From positions 1-64,000 of IMG/VR virus record IMGVR_UViG_3300035208_001913: a stretch of DNA of 64,000 bases. One strand, written 5' to 3'. The DNA is from a virus (Duplodnaviria > Caudoviricetes). Of the stretch, positions 51,361 through 60,121 are shown one piece after another (position 1 is the stretch's first letter; every line of letters begins with the position of its first letter). A program made the position numbers and the translations under genes. A model generated the notes under the pieces. That model had not been told where the DNA came from and searched no databases. It saw only the letters and a list, made by a program, of their open reading frames with translations.

Positions 51361-52962
51361 TTATGTTACTAATATTGCTATACCCTTTTGTATGAATACA
51401 AGAGCCCATTTATTTTTAATTTTATATGTTTTTCCTATCTCATATATACTGAAAGTTTTTGTAAATAACAATAATACACTTTCTTTATTAACAGGATTTT
51501 TATCTATTATTACACCTGAATGTTCTCCTGTTTGTATAGAAGTATAGGTTTTATCTAAATATACTTTATTAGGTATTACTTCATTTAATTTTTTAGCTAC
51601 TCTATAATCTCCACGTTTCCAATATCCCCATTCAATATCTTTTGAATATTTACTATGAAACATATATCCTATTGTACTTATATCTCTACAGATAGGATTT
51701 CCTCCTTCTTTCATAGACTTCCAATTACCATCACTGGGAACTAATCTATTTAGAAAGTCAACACGCCAAAATAATAAATCATCTTCTGTATTTATTCCAG
51801 TTACTAATTCTTCTATTACAGTAGGATTTGTAAGTTTATCATCATCATCTAAATATAATATCCAACCATTATTAACTTTTTTTGTCATTATATCAAGATA
51901 ATGATTATAAGGGAACCATATACCATAATCTACAATATCCTCTGGCTTTTCTATTTCATTAATAACTTTATCATAATGAACCACTCTACATTTATAAGGA
52001 TATACATATTTTTTAGTTTCCTCATCTTTCTTTTCTATACCTACAATAACATTAATATTTTCATAAGTTTGTTCTAAAATACTTTTCATGCAATCATGAA
52101 AATAATTTTCTCTCCTACATGAACGAATAAGAATATTAACTGTTGGCTTTTTATCTATATATAACATTTTAGTTTTTTTATATAATTGTTCATAACTGGG
52201 AACATATACTATTTGACTATCTGCAAATTGAGGATACCATCTTTGAAAAGAACCTATTTTTATTTCCTGCGTTTCCGGAAATCCTGGTTTACTATAAATA
52301 ATATTCTGACCACCAAAGAAAGAAGCAAGAATAGAATAGCCACCATTCATAGTAATATAATGTTGACAATTACTAAATACTTGTAACATTACTTTATTCC
52401 AATCTGATTTCTGTTTATTAAGAAGGTCTTGAAAAATAATAATTTCTTTATGGTTATTTTTAATATGTTCATAATCACCTAATTTTAAATTATGAGCATG
52501 ATCCTGAAAACATTCCGGTAAATCTACACCAAAATAAACTATCTGATATTTATCTTTTAGTTTCTTAAATAATCTATCAAGACATTCTAAAGAAAAATAA
52601 TTAATTGGTTTTATCTTCCATTCTATATTATATCTATTACAAATACATAATGTAGGTTTATCCCATTTATATTTATCATTAGAATAATATTCTTTGTAAG
52701 GTGGTATTTCAAATTTAGTAAAATCAAGATAATGAGTATGAATTTTAGCATTAGGTATTTTCTCTTTATATAATTTATCCATATTATCCCAATCTCTATT
52801 ATCTGCTGAAATAGTATGTTTAGGACTAAAATAATATAGTGACTTACTTCCTTTTCCGGAAATAGTTTCTTTAAGTTTCTTTTGTTTATGTAACCAATAA
52901 GCATAAGGAACACAACTTATTAATTCATATCCAAACTCTACATTATAACTATTTATAATCAT
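51361..52962 (-). CDS. Two-domain glycosyltransferase (uncharacterised N-terminal GT-B-like domain plus GT2 domain)
   Basis: C-terminal TVNILIRS...SILEQTYEN, ILYLDDDD (DxD), GDY; N-terminal domain with HYITMNGGYSILASFFG. Confidence 0.8.
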   Translation of the reverse strand: MIINSYNVEFGYELISCVPYAYWLHKQKKLKETISGKGSKSLYYFSPKHTISADNRDWDNMDKLYKEKIPNAKIHTHYLDFTKFEIPPYKEYYSNDKYKWDKPTLCICNRYNIEWKIKPINYFSLECLDRLFKKLKDKYQIVYFGVDLPECFQDHAHNLKLGDYEHIKNNHKEIIIFQDLLNKQKSDWNKVMLQVFSNCQHYITMNGGYSILASFFGGQNIIYSKPGFPETQEIKIGSFQRWYPQFADSQIVYVPSYEQLYKKTKMLYIDKKPTVNILIRSCRRENYFHDCMKSILEQTYENINVIVGIEKKDEETKKYVYPYKCRVVHYDKVINEIEKPEDIVDYGIWFPYNHYLDIMTKKVNNGWILYLDDDDKLTNPTVIEELVTGINTEDDLLFWRVDFLNRLVPSDGNWKSMKEGGNPICRDISTIGYMFHSKYSKDIEWGYWKRGDYRVAKKLNEVIPNKVYLDKTYTSIQTGEHSGVIIDKNPVNKESVLLLFTKTFSIYEIGKTYKIKNKWALVFIQKGIAILVT

Positions 52963-53840
52963 GAAATTATATTTTTATCTTTTAATATTTTTATAATATT
53001 ATTTGCTTTATGTTCCCATGTATGATTATTTAAAATAAAGTTATATGCACGTTCAACTATTTCTAATCTTTCATTTTCATGAGAAAGATAATAATTAATT
53101 TTTTCTGTTAATTCGTCGAATGTTTTAAAATAAATTACATTATTACCAAATACTTCACGAAGTTCTTTTGTTTCATATGCAATACATAATGCCTTATATC
53201 CTATAATTTGATACATCCTATTTGAATATGTACGTGATGTATCGTAATGATTTATAGCTATACCTATTTTGGATTCATTATAAACACTATTATGAATTTT
53301 CTTTATATTAAAAGACCAATCAGTACCAAAACAATAAAAATTTTTATACATATTCATAAGTCTAAAAATATATGAACATCGTATTGAACTTAAAGGAAAA
53401 ATATTTAAACTATTTTGTCCAGTGAAAACTATATCATATTTTCTTTCAATATCTTTAACTTCATAAGGTTTAAATCCCATCATCAAATATTCTGCATTTT
53501 TTCCTAACTTTTTTACTTCTTCTTTAGAATTATCACTTGAAGTTAAAAATAAATTAATAGAAGTCATAAATTTATACCAAGATTCCAAAGGTATTCTTTC
53601 ATCATTTCTCCAATATATATTATAAGAGTTTTTAAAATGTTCATAAGTCTGAATATTGAAACAAAATTTATTATAATGTATTAAAACAACATCTGGTTTA
53701 AAATTATCATAATATTTAATAATATCATTCTGTATTTCAAACTGAAATATTTGTATCTCGGAAAAATAATTATTAAACTCTTTAATAAAATTATTTAATT
53801 GATTATACCTATCTTTCTTAATTATATAAAGTAATTTCAT
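52959..53840 (-). CDS. GT-B glycosyltransferase (CgeB / Glyco_trans_1_2-like)
   Basis: YDIVFTG, YNESKIGI, SNRMYQIIG, KINYYLSHENER, HTWEHKA. Confidence 0.8.
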   Translation of the reverse strand: MKLLYIIKKDRYNQLNNFIKEFNNYFSEIQIFQFEIQNDIIKYYDNFKPDVVLIHYNKFCFNIQTYEHFKNSYNIYWRNDERIPLESWYKFMTSINLFLTSSDNSKEEVKKLGKNAEYLMMGFKPYEVKDIERKYDIVFTGQNSLNIFPLSSIRCSYIFRLMNMYKNFYCFGTDWSFNIKKIHNSVYNESKIGIAINHYDTSRTYSNRMYQIIGYKALCIAYETKELREVFGNNVIYFKTFDELTEKINYYLSHENERLEIVERAYNFILNNHTWEHKANNIIKILKDKNIIS

Positions 53841-54760
53841 AATAGTTTTAATAATTCAATTTCTACTTTTTTACTTATAATTTTATAATCAAATTGTTTT
53901 ACTACTTCTAATGCATTAGTTCTTATTCTATTCCTTTCTTCTTCATTTGAAATTAAATATTCTATATATTCTTTCATTAATATATCATTTCCACATTGTA
54001 CTTTGTATGTTGTTTCTTTATTAAATGCAAATTCGCTATTACACATTATATCAGTACAAACTACAATACAACCACATGCCATAGCTTCTAATACAGGATT
54101 ACACCAACCACCTCTTATATGACCATCTACATATATAAGTCCTGTGTTTAGAAAATCAGACATATCAGTTTGTTTAATACCTTTAGCAAAATATGTTTTA
54201 ATAGGTAACTTATTAAATCCTTCAAGTGCATTTATTACAGTTTCACTACCTTTACGTGGTCTCATATCTCCAGCCCATATTAAACAATCTCTTTTAATAT
54301 CAGGTTTATACTTAAACATATTAAGATTTATACCTCCTACTGATATATCTAATACTTTAAAATTTTCTTTTCTAAGAAGTTCTAATTGTTTATTTGAATC
54401 AGCAATAAGATAATGATGTGTAACAATTTCTTTTAAAAATCTACTTTTATTGAAATCTTTATTATTATCATCTACTCCCATAAAACAATAGATTTTTATT
54501 TTAGCTTTAGCTGCCTTAAAAAATTCAGTGTACATTAGTTCATCAGGAACCGCAACCATTATAAGAAAATCTAAATCATCATCTATACATTTATGACAAT
54601 GTTTTGTTTTACCAAGATATTCTATCCATGTAACTGAATTAGCAGCCGGAGCATATAGAGTTACTTCATGACCATATTTTACTAACCAATTACTATTTTC
54701 AATAACTTCTCGAACACTACCAAATATTCCATTAGTAGATATTAACCATCCTATTTTCAT
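53837..54760 (-). CDS. GT4 family glycosyltransferase
   Basis: GHEVTLY, RPRKG, GWCNPVLEAMACGCIVVCTD. Confidence 0.88.
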   Translation of the reverse strand: MKIGWLISTNGIFGSVREVIENSNWLVKYGHEVTLYAPAANSVTWIEYLGKTKHCHKCIDDDLDFLIMVAVPDELMYTEFFKAAKAKIKIYCFMGVDDNNKDFNKSRFLKEIVTHHYLIADSNKQLELLRKENFKVLDISVGGINLNMFKYKPDIKRDCLIWAGDMRPRKGSETVINALEGFNKLPIKTYFAKGIKQTDMSDFLNTGLIYVDGHIRGGWCNPVLEAMACGCIVVCTDIMCNSEFAFNKETTYKVQCGNDILMKEYIEYLISNEEERNRIRTNALEVVKQFDYKIISKKVEIELLKLL

Positions 54761-55287
54761 AATAAAATATTTTTAAAATTACATAGATAATATTCCCAAC
54801 TATAAATTCCTTTAGGTATTTTATATTTTTTCTTTTTATTATAAAGAAGAACAATACCTGTTTCTATATCTTTTAGTTCCATATACCAACCTTCTTTAGC
54901 AAGTTGAACTATTGCTACCCAAACATCACCTTGCCAATTTTTAGATATTCTTTCTCTAAATTGATGATGTTCTGCTTTAGGTAAACAATCATGTATTACA
55001 ATAACTCCTTTATTATTTAAAACAGATAAAGAATTATTTACATCTTTTATAACTTGTTCACTTAAATGTAATCCATCAACAAAAATAATATCAAATGTAT
55101 TTTTATTTTCTATAAAAAAATCATCAGATGTTTTCATTATTGTTGCTTCATTTATAGGATCAACACTAATTTTTACTTTACAGATAATTTCATTAAAATT
55201 GATTCCACTACCTGCACCTATTTCAAGATAACTTTTATAGTTATTATCTTTTATTAATTTATTTAATAATATAGTTCTTTCTAACAT
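54757..55287 (-). CDS. Class I SAM-dependent methyltransferase (Methyltransf_24-like)
   Basis: YLEIGAGSG, SVDP, TSDDFF, FDIIFVDGLH, GVIVIHDC. Confidence 0.85.
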   Translation of the reverse strand: MLERTILLNKLIKDNNYKSYLEIGAGSGINFNEIICKVKISVDPINEATIMKTSDDFFIENKNTFDIIFVDGLHLSEQVIKDVNNSLSVLNNKGVIVIHDCLPKAEHHQFRERISKNWQGDVWVAIVQLAKEGWYMELKDIETGIVLLYNKKKKYKIPKGIYSWEYYLCNFKNILL

Positions 55288-55302
55288 AATTTATTTTTTT
55301 TA

Positions 55303-55334
55303 CAAACTTATTAATCTTTTTTAACTTCTTCAAA
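55303..55334 (-). promoter_or_regulatory. Bacteroidota primary-sigma promoter (-33 TTTG, 20-nt spacer, -7 TAAGTTTG)
   Basis: Both elements with consensus spacing, 15 nt upstream of the methyltransferase ATG. Confidence 0.65.
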
Positions 55335-55408
55335 TTTATTTTCTTCTGGTATTACAGGAAATAAAATCTTTCTCTGTCGAGTATTTCTTAAATTAGTTTT
55401 TGTAGGTA

Positions 55409-56167
55409 TTAATTATTTTGATATTTAAAAATAAATCCCCTTATTGTTTTACGTTCATTTCTACAAACTCGTCTTATACTATTATAACAAATACCCGTAT
55501 CTTTACATGCTATATTAATATTATCAAAAGTATTTATTAATTCATTTAGTTTAGAATATTGAAATACTTTAATCCAATTTTCTTCTTTTTTAAAATGACT
55601 TTTACTTAGATTTTCTATATGTTTAGAACTAAATATAATACCTTTTCTTGAATTACTTATTTTATTTTTTGTTTCTTCAGTTCTTTTTTTTCCTAACATA
55701 TATTTATTACCTTTTTTTAATTCCGATATTTTCTTTTTAAATAATTCTGATTTTTTAGAACCTAAATTATATTTATTACCTTTCCTATATTTCATTAACA
55801 TTAAATTTACTTCATCTGACATTTTTCTACCTGGTTTTCCAGTTAATGCTTTACTTATTTTCAGTTTAGTTTCATTAGACATTATTCTTACATTACCACC
55901 ATCTATAAGATTTAATCCATATTTTGAATTAAAAGTTTGAAATAAATCAACATAATATTTTTCTAATTCATTTAATTGTTCAGAATTACATTCTTGTAAT
56001 ATTTCAAATTTATGTTTATCAACACCATATTTTTTTAAAGAATTATAAATTCTTGGTTGTGATTTACACTTTAAATACTTATATTCTTTCCATCTTTTTT
56101 CAATATCTTTACTTTGTCCAATATAAATATTCATAGTTGGACTTGTTATCTTATATATTCCTATCAT
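55409..56167 (-). mobile_element. Free-standing GIY-YIG homing endonuclease with NUMOD3 repeats and C-terminal NUMOD1/IENR1
   Basis: GIYKIT...YIGQS...KRW, E...GLN; repeats SNETKLKIS / TEETKNKIS; VFQYS...I..AC...VC C-terminus. Confidence 0.9.
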
Positions 56168-56309
56168 AATTATTTGTTAATATTATTGGAAAAATAAATT
56201 TTAATTGACCTTTAACTCTATAATTATTAATAGGTTTAAGACCACTTTGAAATCTTATTCTTGCAATAAGCCATTGTTCTTTCATATACTTACTTCTATC
56301 AAATTTCAT
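56151..56309 (-). CDS. 52-aa hypothetical protein (not in ORF track)
   Basis: MKFDRSKYMKEQWLIARIRFQSGLKPINNYRVKGQLKFIFPIILTNNYDRNI*; ATGA overlap with upstream gene. Confidence 0.5.
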   Translation of the reverse strand: MKFDRSKYMKEQWLIARIRFQSGLKPINNYRVKGQLKFIFPIILTNNYDRNI

Positions 56310-56620
56310 TTTAAGTTCTCATAACGTAAACCTTTGTGATACGAATTATAATTTATCCATGTATTAAATGTTTTCTCCATGCAATAGTCCACCGATTGAT
56401 AATACCAGTCAATTATAAGTCCTTTCTTACAGTTGTTATTAATATCATACAGTATATCGGAGAAGTTAAATGTGAAGTCGTTAAACGTTCCTACACCACC
56501 TACTTCATTACCTATCCAGCCATACCAATCCATTTCCTGCTTACGGCAGAACTCATACAGATAGTCATTGACTACATCTACATATCTTATAAGCAATTCT
56601 TCTCTTTCTTTTTTATTCAT
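56306..56620 (-). CDS. Hypothetical protein
   Basis: 104 aa ORF overlapping neighbours in operon. Confidence 0.7.
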   Translation of the reverse strand: MNKKEREELLIRYVDVVNDYLYEFCRKQEMDWYGWIGNEVGGVGTFNDFTFNFSDILYDINNNCKKGLIIDWYYQSVDYCMEKTFNTWINYNSYHKGLRYENLK

Positions 56621-56804
56621 TTAATTTAGGATAAAATATTTGTTTATAAACTATACCGAAGAATCTTTTTCTTTTCATTATCAATCTAAAAGGATATTTA
56701 AATTTACCATTTTCTTCAATAGGTTCACCTGTAATTAAAATTATTGTTTTAGTATTACAACCAAAAAATATTTTTATTTTATTTATAATTTTATTCATTA
56801 TCAA
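56613..56804 (-). CDS. Hypothetical protein
   Basis: 63 aa ORF tiling the operon. Confidence 0.5.
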   Translation of the reverse strand: MIMNKIINKIKIFFGCNTKTIILITGEPIEENGKFKYPFRLIMKRKRFFGIVYKQIFYPKLNE

Positions 56805-57015
56805 AAGGCATTTTTAAAAATCCTATTCTTTGTTTAATATATTTTCCATTAATAGAAAATTCACTGGGAGTTAACCAACAAGTTTTATAGGTTCCTTCAC
56901 TAAAATATGACACTTCATATTGTTCATAATTTTGTCTTATAGTAACTCCGGTAATAATACCATCTATGTTACCTATATTTGTTAGTATTCTTGTACCATG
57001 TTTTATTATTAGCAT
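56791..57015 (-). CDS. Hypothetical SH3/YorP-like small protein
   Basis: 74 aa; G.ITGV...YEVSY...WL...E barrel pattern. Confidence 0.55.
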   Translation of the reverse strand: MLIIKHGTRILTNIGNIDGIITGVTIRQNYEQYEVSYFSEGTYKTCWLTPSEFSINGKYIKQRIGFLKMPFDNE

Positions 57016-57119
57016 TTTTATTCTTTTATGTTATTTGAGCAACACCTTCTTCTACCTCATTTATTATCAATAGAAAAATCTGTAATCTTTTTATTGTCAT
57101 TTCTTTTAATATTATCAAA

Positions 57120-57458
57120 TTAATGAAATGGAACATACATCACAGTTACACCTTCTGGTTCTAACCTAACTGATTGTATATTAAGTTTGTCAAACTCCTG
57201 ATGGCATTTTCTACATAACACCTGCATATTAGTTACCGACCAAGCAACTTCACTCCTACCTTGTTTTTGACAATCTGATACGGAAATTATATGAGCACAA
57301 TCTAAAGGCAAACAATCATTTCTTTTACATTTCTCACAAAAATTATAACCGTACTTATCTTTTTGTAATTGTAGTAAGAGAGCTTTTGACTCCCTTACTT
57401 TTCTATTAATTACTTTCTTATCCACCCGGGTACCATCGGAACAATTATAACTTGGCAT
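57120..57458 (-). CDS. HNH (NinG-like) endonuclease
   Basis: CEKC...LDCAHII...NMQVLCRKCH. Confidence 0.8.
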   Translation of the reverse strand: MPSYNCSDGTRVDKKVINRKVRESKALLLQLQKDKYGYNFCEKCKRNDCLPLDCAHIISVSDCQKQGRSEVAWSVTNMQVLCRKCHQEFDKLNIQSVRLEPEGVTVMYVPFH

Positions 57459-58617
57459 CTTGTAGTTTTTTAATTAATTCTTTGAATTTTTTTAAAAATA
57501 CAGCTTCTTTATTATTTACTTCATGTTGTTCTAATCTAAAAAAGCAATTATATAGAATAACTAAATCATCTTCAGTAATAATTACTTTATTTTTATCTTT
57601 CTTATATTTATCAATCTCATATAATAAATCTGATACGTGTCCTTCTAAAGACTTATAACTTTTTTTTAACTTCTCATGTTCTCTATGTAAGTCCATAACA
57701 GTACTACCTTCAGGTATAGAAGTACAATTAAAATGCTTATTTTCTATTGTTCCCTCAAAAGGTGTCATTCCTTTTCCGGGACAAGAAGTTTCAAGTGTAC
57801 ATACCTTTTGGTTTAATTCAGCATTTACCTTAATAACTTCATCTAATTTCTTATTTAACTTTTCATTCTTTTCTTCTATATTTTTGAGATTGTTTTTACT
57901 ATTTACTTTTATAAGATGATTATTAGCAATTTCTAATTCCTTTTTTTTTCTTTCTAAGTCAGAAATTGTTTCAAGAAATTGATGATTAGCAGTTATAACT
58001 TCTTCATTTCTTCTCTCTAATTCTTGATGTTTCTTTATATGCTTTTCTAAATCAAAAGAATTAAGAAGAACATTTCTTTGTTTGAGGTCATTATTTTCTT
58101 TTTCCAAATCGGTGGATAATTGTTTAAAGTAACTATTACATTTTATTAAATCTTCTATCTTCTTTTCAGAATATTTTAATTTAGCGTCTATAAATCCAAA
58201 ATGATTTTTTAATGTTAAATATTTCAAAGAAAGATTATCTTCAGTTCCTTTACAACTATCCATTATTTTTTCTTGACAATCACCTAATATAATTTCAGAA
58301 GTACTATTTCTTTCTAAATCCTTTTCTAATATTGATTGTGCAAAACCTTTTATAGTTTCTCTTCTTAATTTTGATTTAGTGGCATTATAACTTTCTCTTT
58401 CTTTCAAAAGATAATCTTTTAGTTTATAAAATTTACCATCTTCTTCAACAATAAAACGGAAAATATTTAATTTATTATCAAATAAAGTTTCACAAATAAT
58501 ACCCTTATCATCAAAACCTACATTTATGATATTATCATTTTTTCTTATATTGGTAACATTACGAATTACACGTAACAAATTATCGTTATTATATATAAAT
58601 AATTTTACTCTTTTCAT
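57445..58617 (-). CDS. Coiled-coil hypothetical protein
   Basis: 390 aa with long heptad stretches. Confidence 0.65.
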   Translation of the reverse strand: MKRVKLFIYNNDNLLRVIRNVTNIRKNDNIINVGFDDKGIICETLFDNKLNIFRFIVEEDGKFYKLKDYLLKERESYNATKSKLRRETIKGFAQSILEKDLERNSTSEIILGDCQEKIMDSCKGTEDNLSLKYLTLKNHFGFIDAKLKYSEKKIEDLIKCNSYFKQLSTDLEKENNDLKQRNVLLNSFDLEKHIKKHQELERRNEEVITANHQFLETISDLERKKKELEIANNHLIKVNSKNNLKNIEEKNEKLNKKLDEVIKVNAELNQKVCTLETSCPGKGMTPFEGTIENKHFNCTSIPEGSTVMDLHREHEKLKKSYKSLEGHVSDLLYEIDKYKKDKNKVIITEDDLVILYNCFFRLEQHEVNNKEAVFLKKFKELIKKLQDAKL

Positions 58618-58619
58618 AA

Positions 58620-58979
58620 TTAATTTATTGTTAAAGGATTTTTCTTAGGAGTTCTAACAGCTAATACATTATGTATAGAAATCTTAATATACAACTCACC
58701 ATTAAGATTAATATAATCTTCATCCCTAAAGGGTCTATCAATATAAAGTAAATCACCTTTCTTAATCCCTTTCGGAAAGTACTCCTCAAAACCTATTCCA
58801 CATAATACACATTCTAACTTATAAGGCTGATCTTTACAATCACTTAACATAGGCTCTTTCTTTGCCTTCTCATTTAACTGTATGATAACTGAATTAGGTT
58901 TCTTTAACTTAGGCTCTATTAATTTACCTACTAACATCTGCTTCTTTAGTGAAAGCTCACTTAATTTATAATCTTCCAT
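58620..58979 (-). CDS. GroES-like co-chaperonin
   Basis: Mobile-loop-like SVIIQL, V.CG.G, IKKGDLLY, LNGELY..I...NVLAV. Confidence 0.65.
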   Translation of the reverse strand: MEDYKLSELSLKKQMLVGKLIEPKLKKPNSVIIQLNEKAKKEPMLSDCKDQPYKLECVLCGIGFEEYFPKGIKKGDLLYIDRPFRDEDYINLNGELYIKISIHNVLAVRTPKKNPLTIN

Positions 58980-58980
58980 A

Positions 58981-59133
58981 TTATTGTTTTTTTAATTTGT
59001 TTTCTAATTCTTCCATATATAATCTTAAATACTTATTTACTAAATAACTTATTGTCCTATCCTCCCTCTTAGAGTACTTCTCCAACAACGCCAATACATA
59101 TCCCTCCATCCTATAAGACCGCAATACCTTCAT
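58981..59133 (-). CDS. 50-aa ribbon-helix-helix regulator (not in ORF track)
   Basis: MKVLRSYRMEGYVLALLEKYSKREDRTISYLVNKYLRLYMEELENKLKKQ*; first gene after a promoter element. Confidence 0.7.
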   Translation of the reverse strand: MKVLRSYRMEGYVLALLEKYSKREDRTISYLVNKYLRLYMEELENKLKKQ

Positions 59134-59152
59134 AACTAATCATATTTTATTG

Positions 59153-59160
59153 CAAATATA
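59153..59160 (-). promoter_or_regulatory. Bacteroidota-type -7 promoter element (TATATTTG) heading the leftward arm
   Basis: TAnnTTTG 19 nt upstream of the RHH ATG; same TATATTTGCAA as at 43233-43243. Confidence 0.6.
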
Positions 59161-59188
59161 ATAATTATTGTAATACAACGTATCACAT

Positions 59189-59317
59189 CCCCCACTTTTA
59201 TTTTGTTAATTAATAACACTCCCAACTAAACTACCCATACCCCACTACATTAAAATACCCCCATAACATTATATTAACATATACACCCTCTTAGAGGAAC
59301 CCCCCTACACCCCCCCC
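59189..59317. other. C-run-rich non-coding tract at the strand switch
   Basis: Runs C5, C3, C3, C4, C5, C3, C6, C8 with almost no G on the + strand. Confidence 0.7.
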
Positions 59318-59359
59318 TAATGAATTAAAAATAAATTAATAATCTAAAAATTTAAAAAA

Positions 59360-59719
59360 ATGAAAAAACAAGATTTAGAAAAACAAAAAGCTCTTGATGC
59401 AGTTTCCGGCAAGGCAGTAGTAACTGTAGGTGTACCGTATAGTGTTATTGAGGGTATGAAAAGAAGTTTGTACTTAGACAAGAATGTAAATTTGCCAGTA
59501 GGTACATTTAGTCTTTTAGTAGGCAAACGTTTCAAATCAGGTGCTAATGATGCAAGTTGTGTATTAAGACACACTTCAGCAGATGGCAGTACATTTGAAT
59601 TTAGAGTTAACGCAAGTGAACTCAAAGCTCTTAATGTATTGAAAGCAGATGCAAATGACAATGCTTACTGTGATGACTTCAAAGGAACAATTAAAGAGGG
59701 CGTTATTGAATTAGTTTAA
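59360..59719 (+). CDS. Hypothetical protein, first rightward gene
   Basis: 119 aa, A-rich initiation context, followed by a strong terminator. Confidence 0.75.
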   Translation: MKKQDLEKQKALDAVSGKAVVTVGVPYSVIEGMKRSLYLDKNVNLPVGTFSLLVGKRFKSGANDASCVLRHTSADGSTFEFRVNASELKALNVLKADANDNAYCDDFKGTIKEGVIELV

Positions 59720-59769
59720 AACTTTAGGAGAGGGAGTTATTGAACTAGTTTAAAACTTTAGGAGAGGGG
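59702..59769 (+). repeat. 34-bp tandem duplication
   Basis: GTTATTGAA(T/C)TAGTTTAAAACTTTAGGAGAGGG(A/G) x2. Confidence 0.9.
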
Positions 59770-59793
59770 ATAAAACCCCTTTCCTTTTTTTTT
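59760..59793 (+). terminator. Rho-independent terminator
   Basis: AGGAGAGGGG-ATAAAA-CCCCTTTCCT followed by T8. Confidence 0.85.
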
Positions 59794-59867
59794 ATTATTT
59801 TAATTTAATTTCTGTTACTATATATAGTGGTTATATATATAATGTTGTCTTGGTTGCTTAACCAGTA

Positions 59868-60089
59868 TCACATTTTAAATGAATTTCCTTTATAATTACA
59901 CTTACTTACCGGAACATTTAGCCAAATTATGAAGGATTTATACTCTAATTTACCATATATTGGTAATATTCTATATAAAGTCATAGTTGTTACCTTCATA
60001 AATTTAGAAAGTGCTTTCTTATTTGTTGTCAACAGGACATCTTTACTATCTAAATTGACACAAACATATTGAATTTCTACTTTTATCAT
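59868..60089 (-). CDS. Small HTH-like protein (start likely ATG 60089 rather than 60125)
   Basis: NKKALSKFMKVTTMTLYRIL is HTH-like; -7 element TATCTTTG at 60114-60121 lies upstream of this ATG. Confidence 0.5.
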   Translation of the reverse strand: MIKVEIQYVCVNLDSKDVLLTTNKKALSKFMKVTTMTLYRILPIYGKLEYKSFIIWLNVPVSKCNYKGNSFKM

Positions 60090-60113
60090 AGTAATGTTGT
60101 ATTGGTTAGAGTA

Positions 60114-60121
60114 CAAAGATA
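60114..60121 (-). promoter_or_regulatory. Bacteroidota-type -7 promoter element (TATCTTTG)
   Basis: TAnnTTTG 24 nt upstream of ATG 60089. Confidence 0.5.

Noticed and set aside
55409-56167. Group I intron housing the GIY-YIG ORF
   Set aside because: Flanks are only about 120-140 nt, partly coding, with no recognisable P7 core
57026-57100. 24-aa ORF MTIKRLQIFLLIINEVEEGVAQIT on the minus strand
   Set aside because: Too short, no coupling overlap or motif to support it
1870-59661. Numerous antisense or alternative-frame ORFs in the track (e.g. 2430..2744, 24060..24443, 36597..36872, 40957..41292, 47908..48105, 59344..59661)
   Set aside because: They lie wholly within well-supported genes, have shadow-like composition and no motifs
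59702-59769. Mini CRISPR array
   Set aside because: Two directly abutting copies with no spacer and no cas genes
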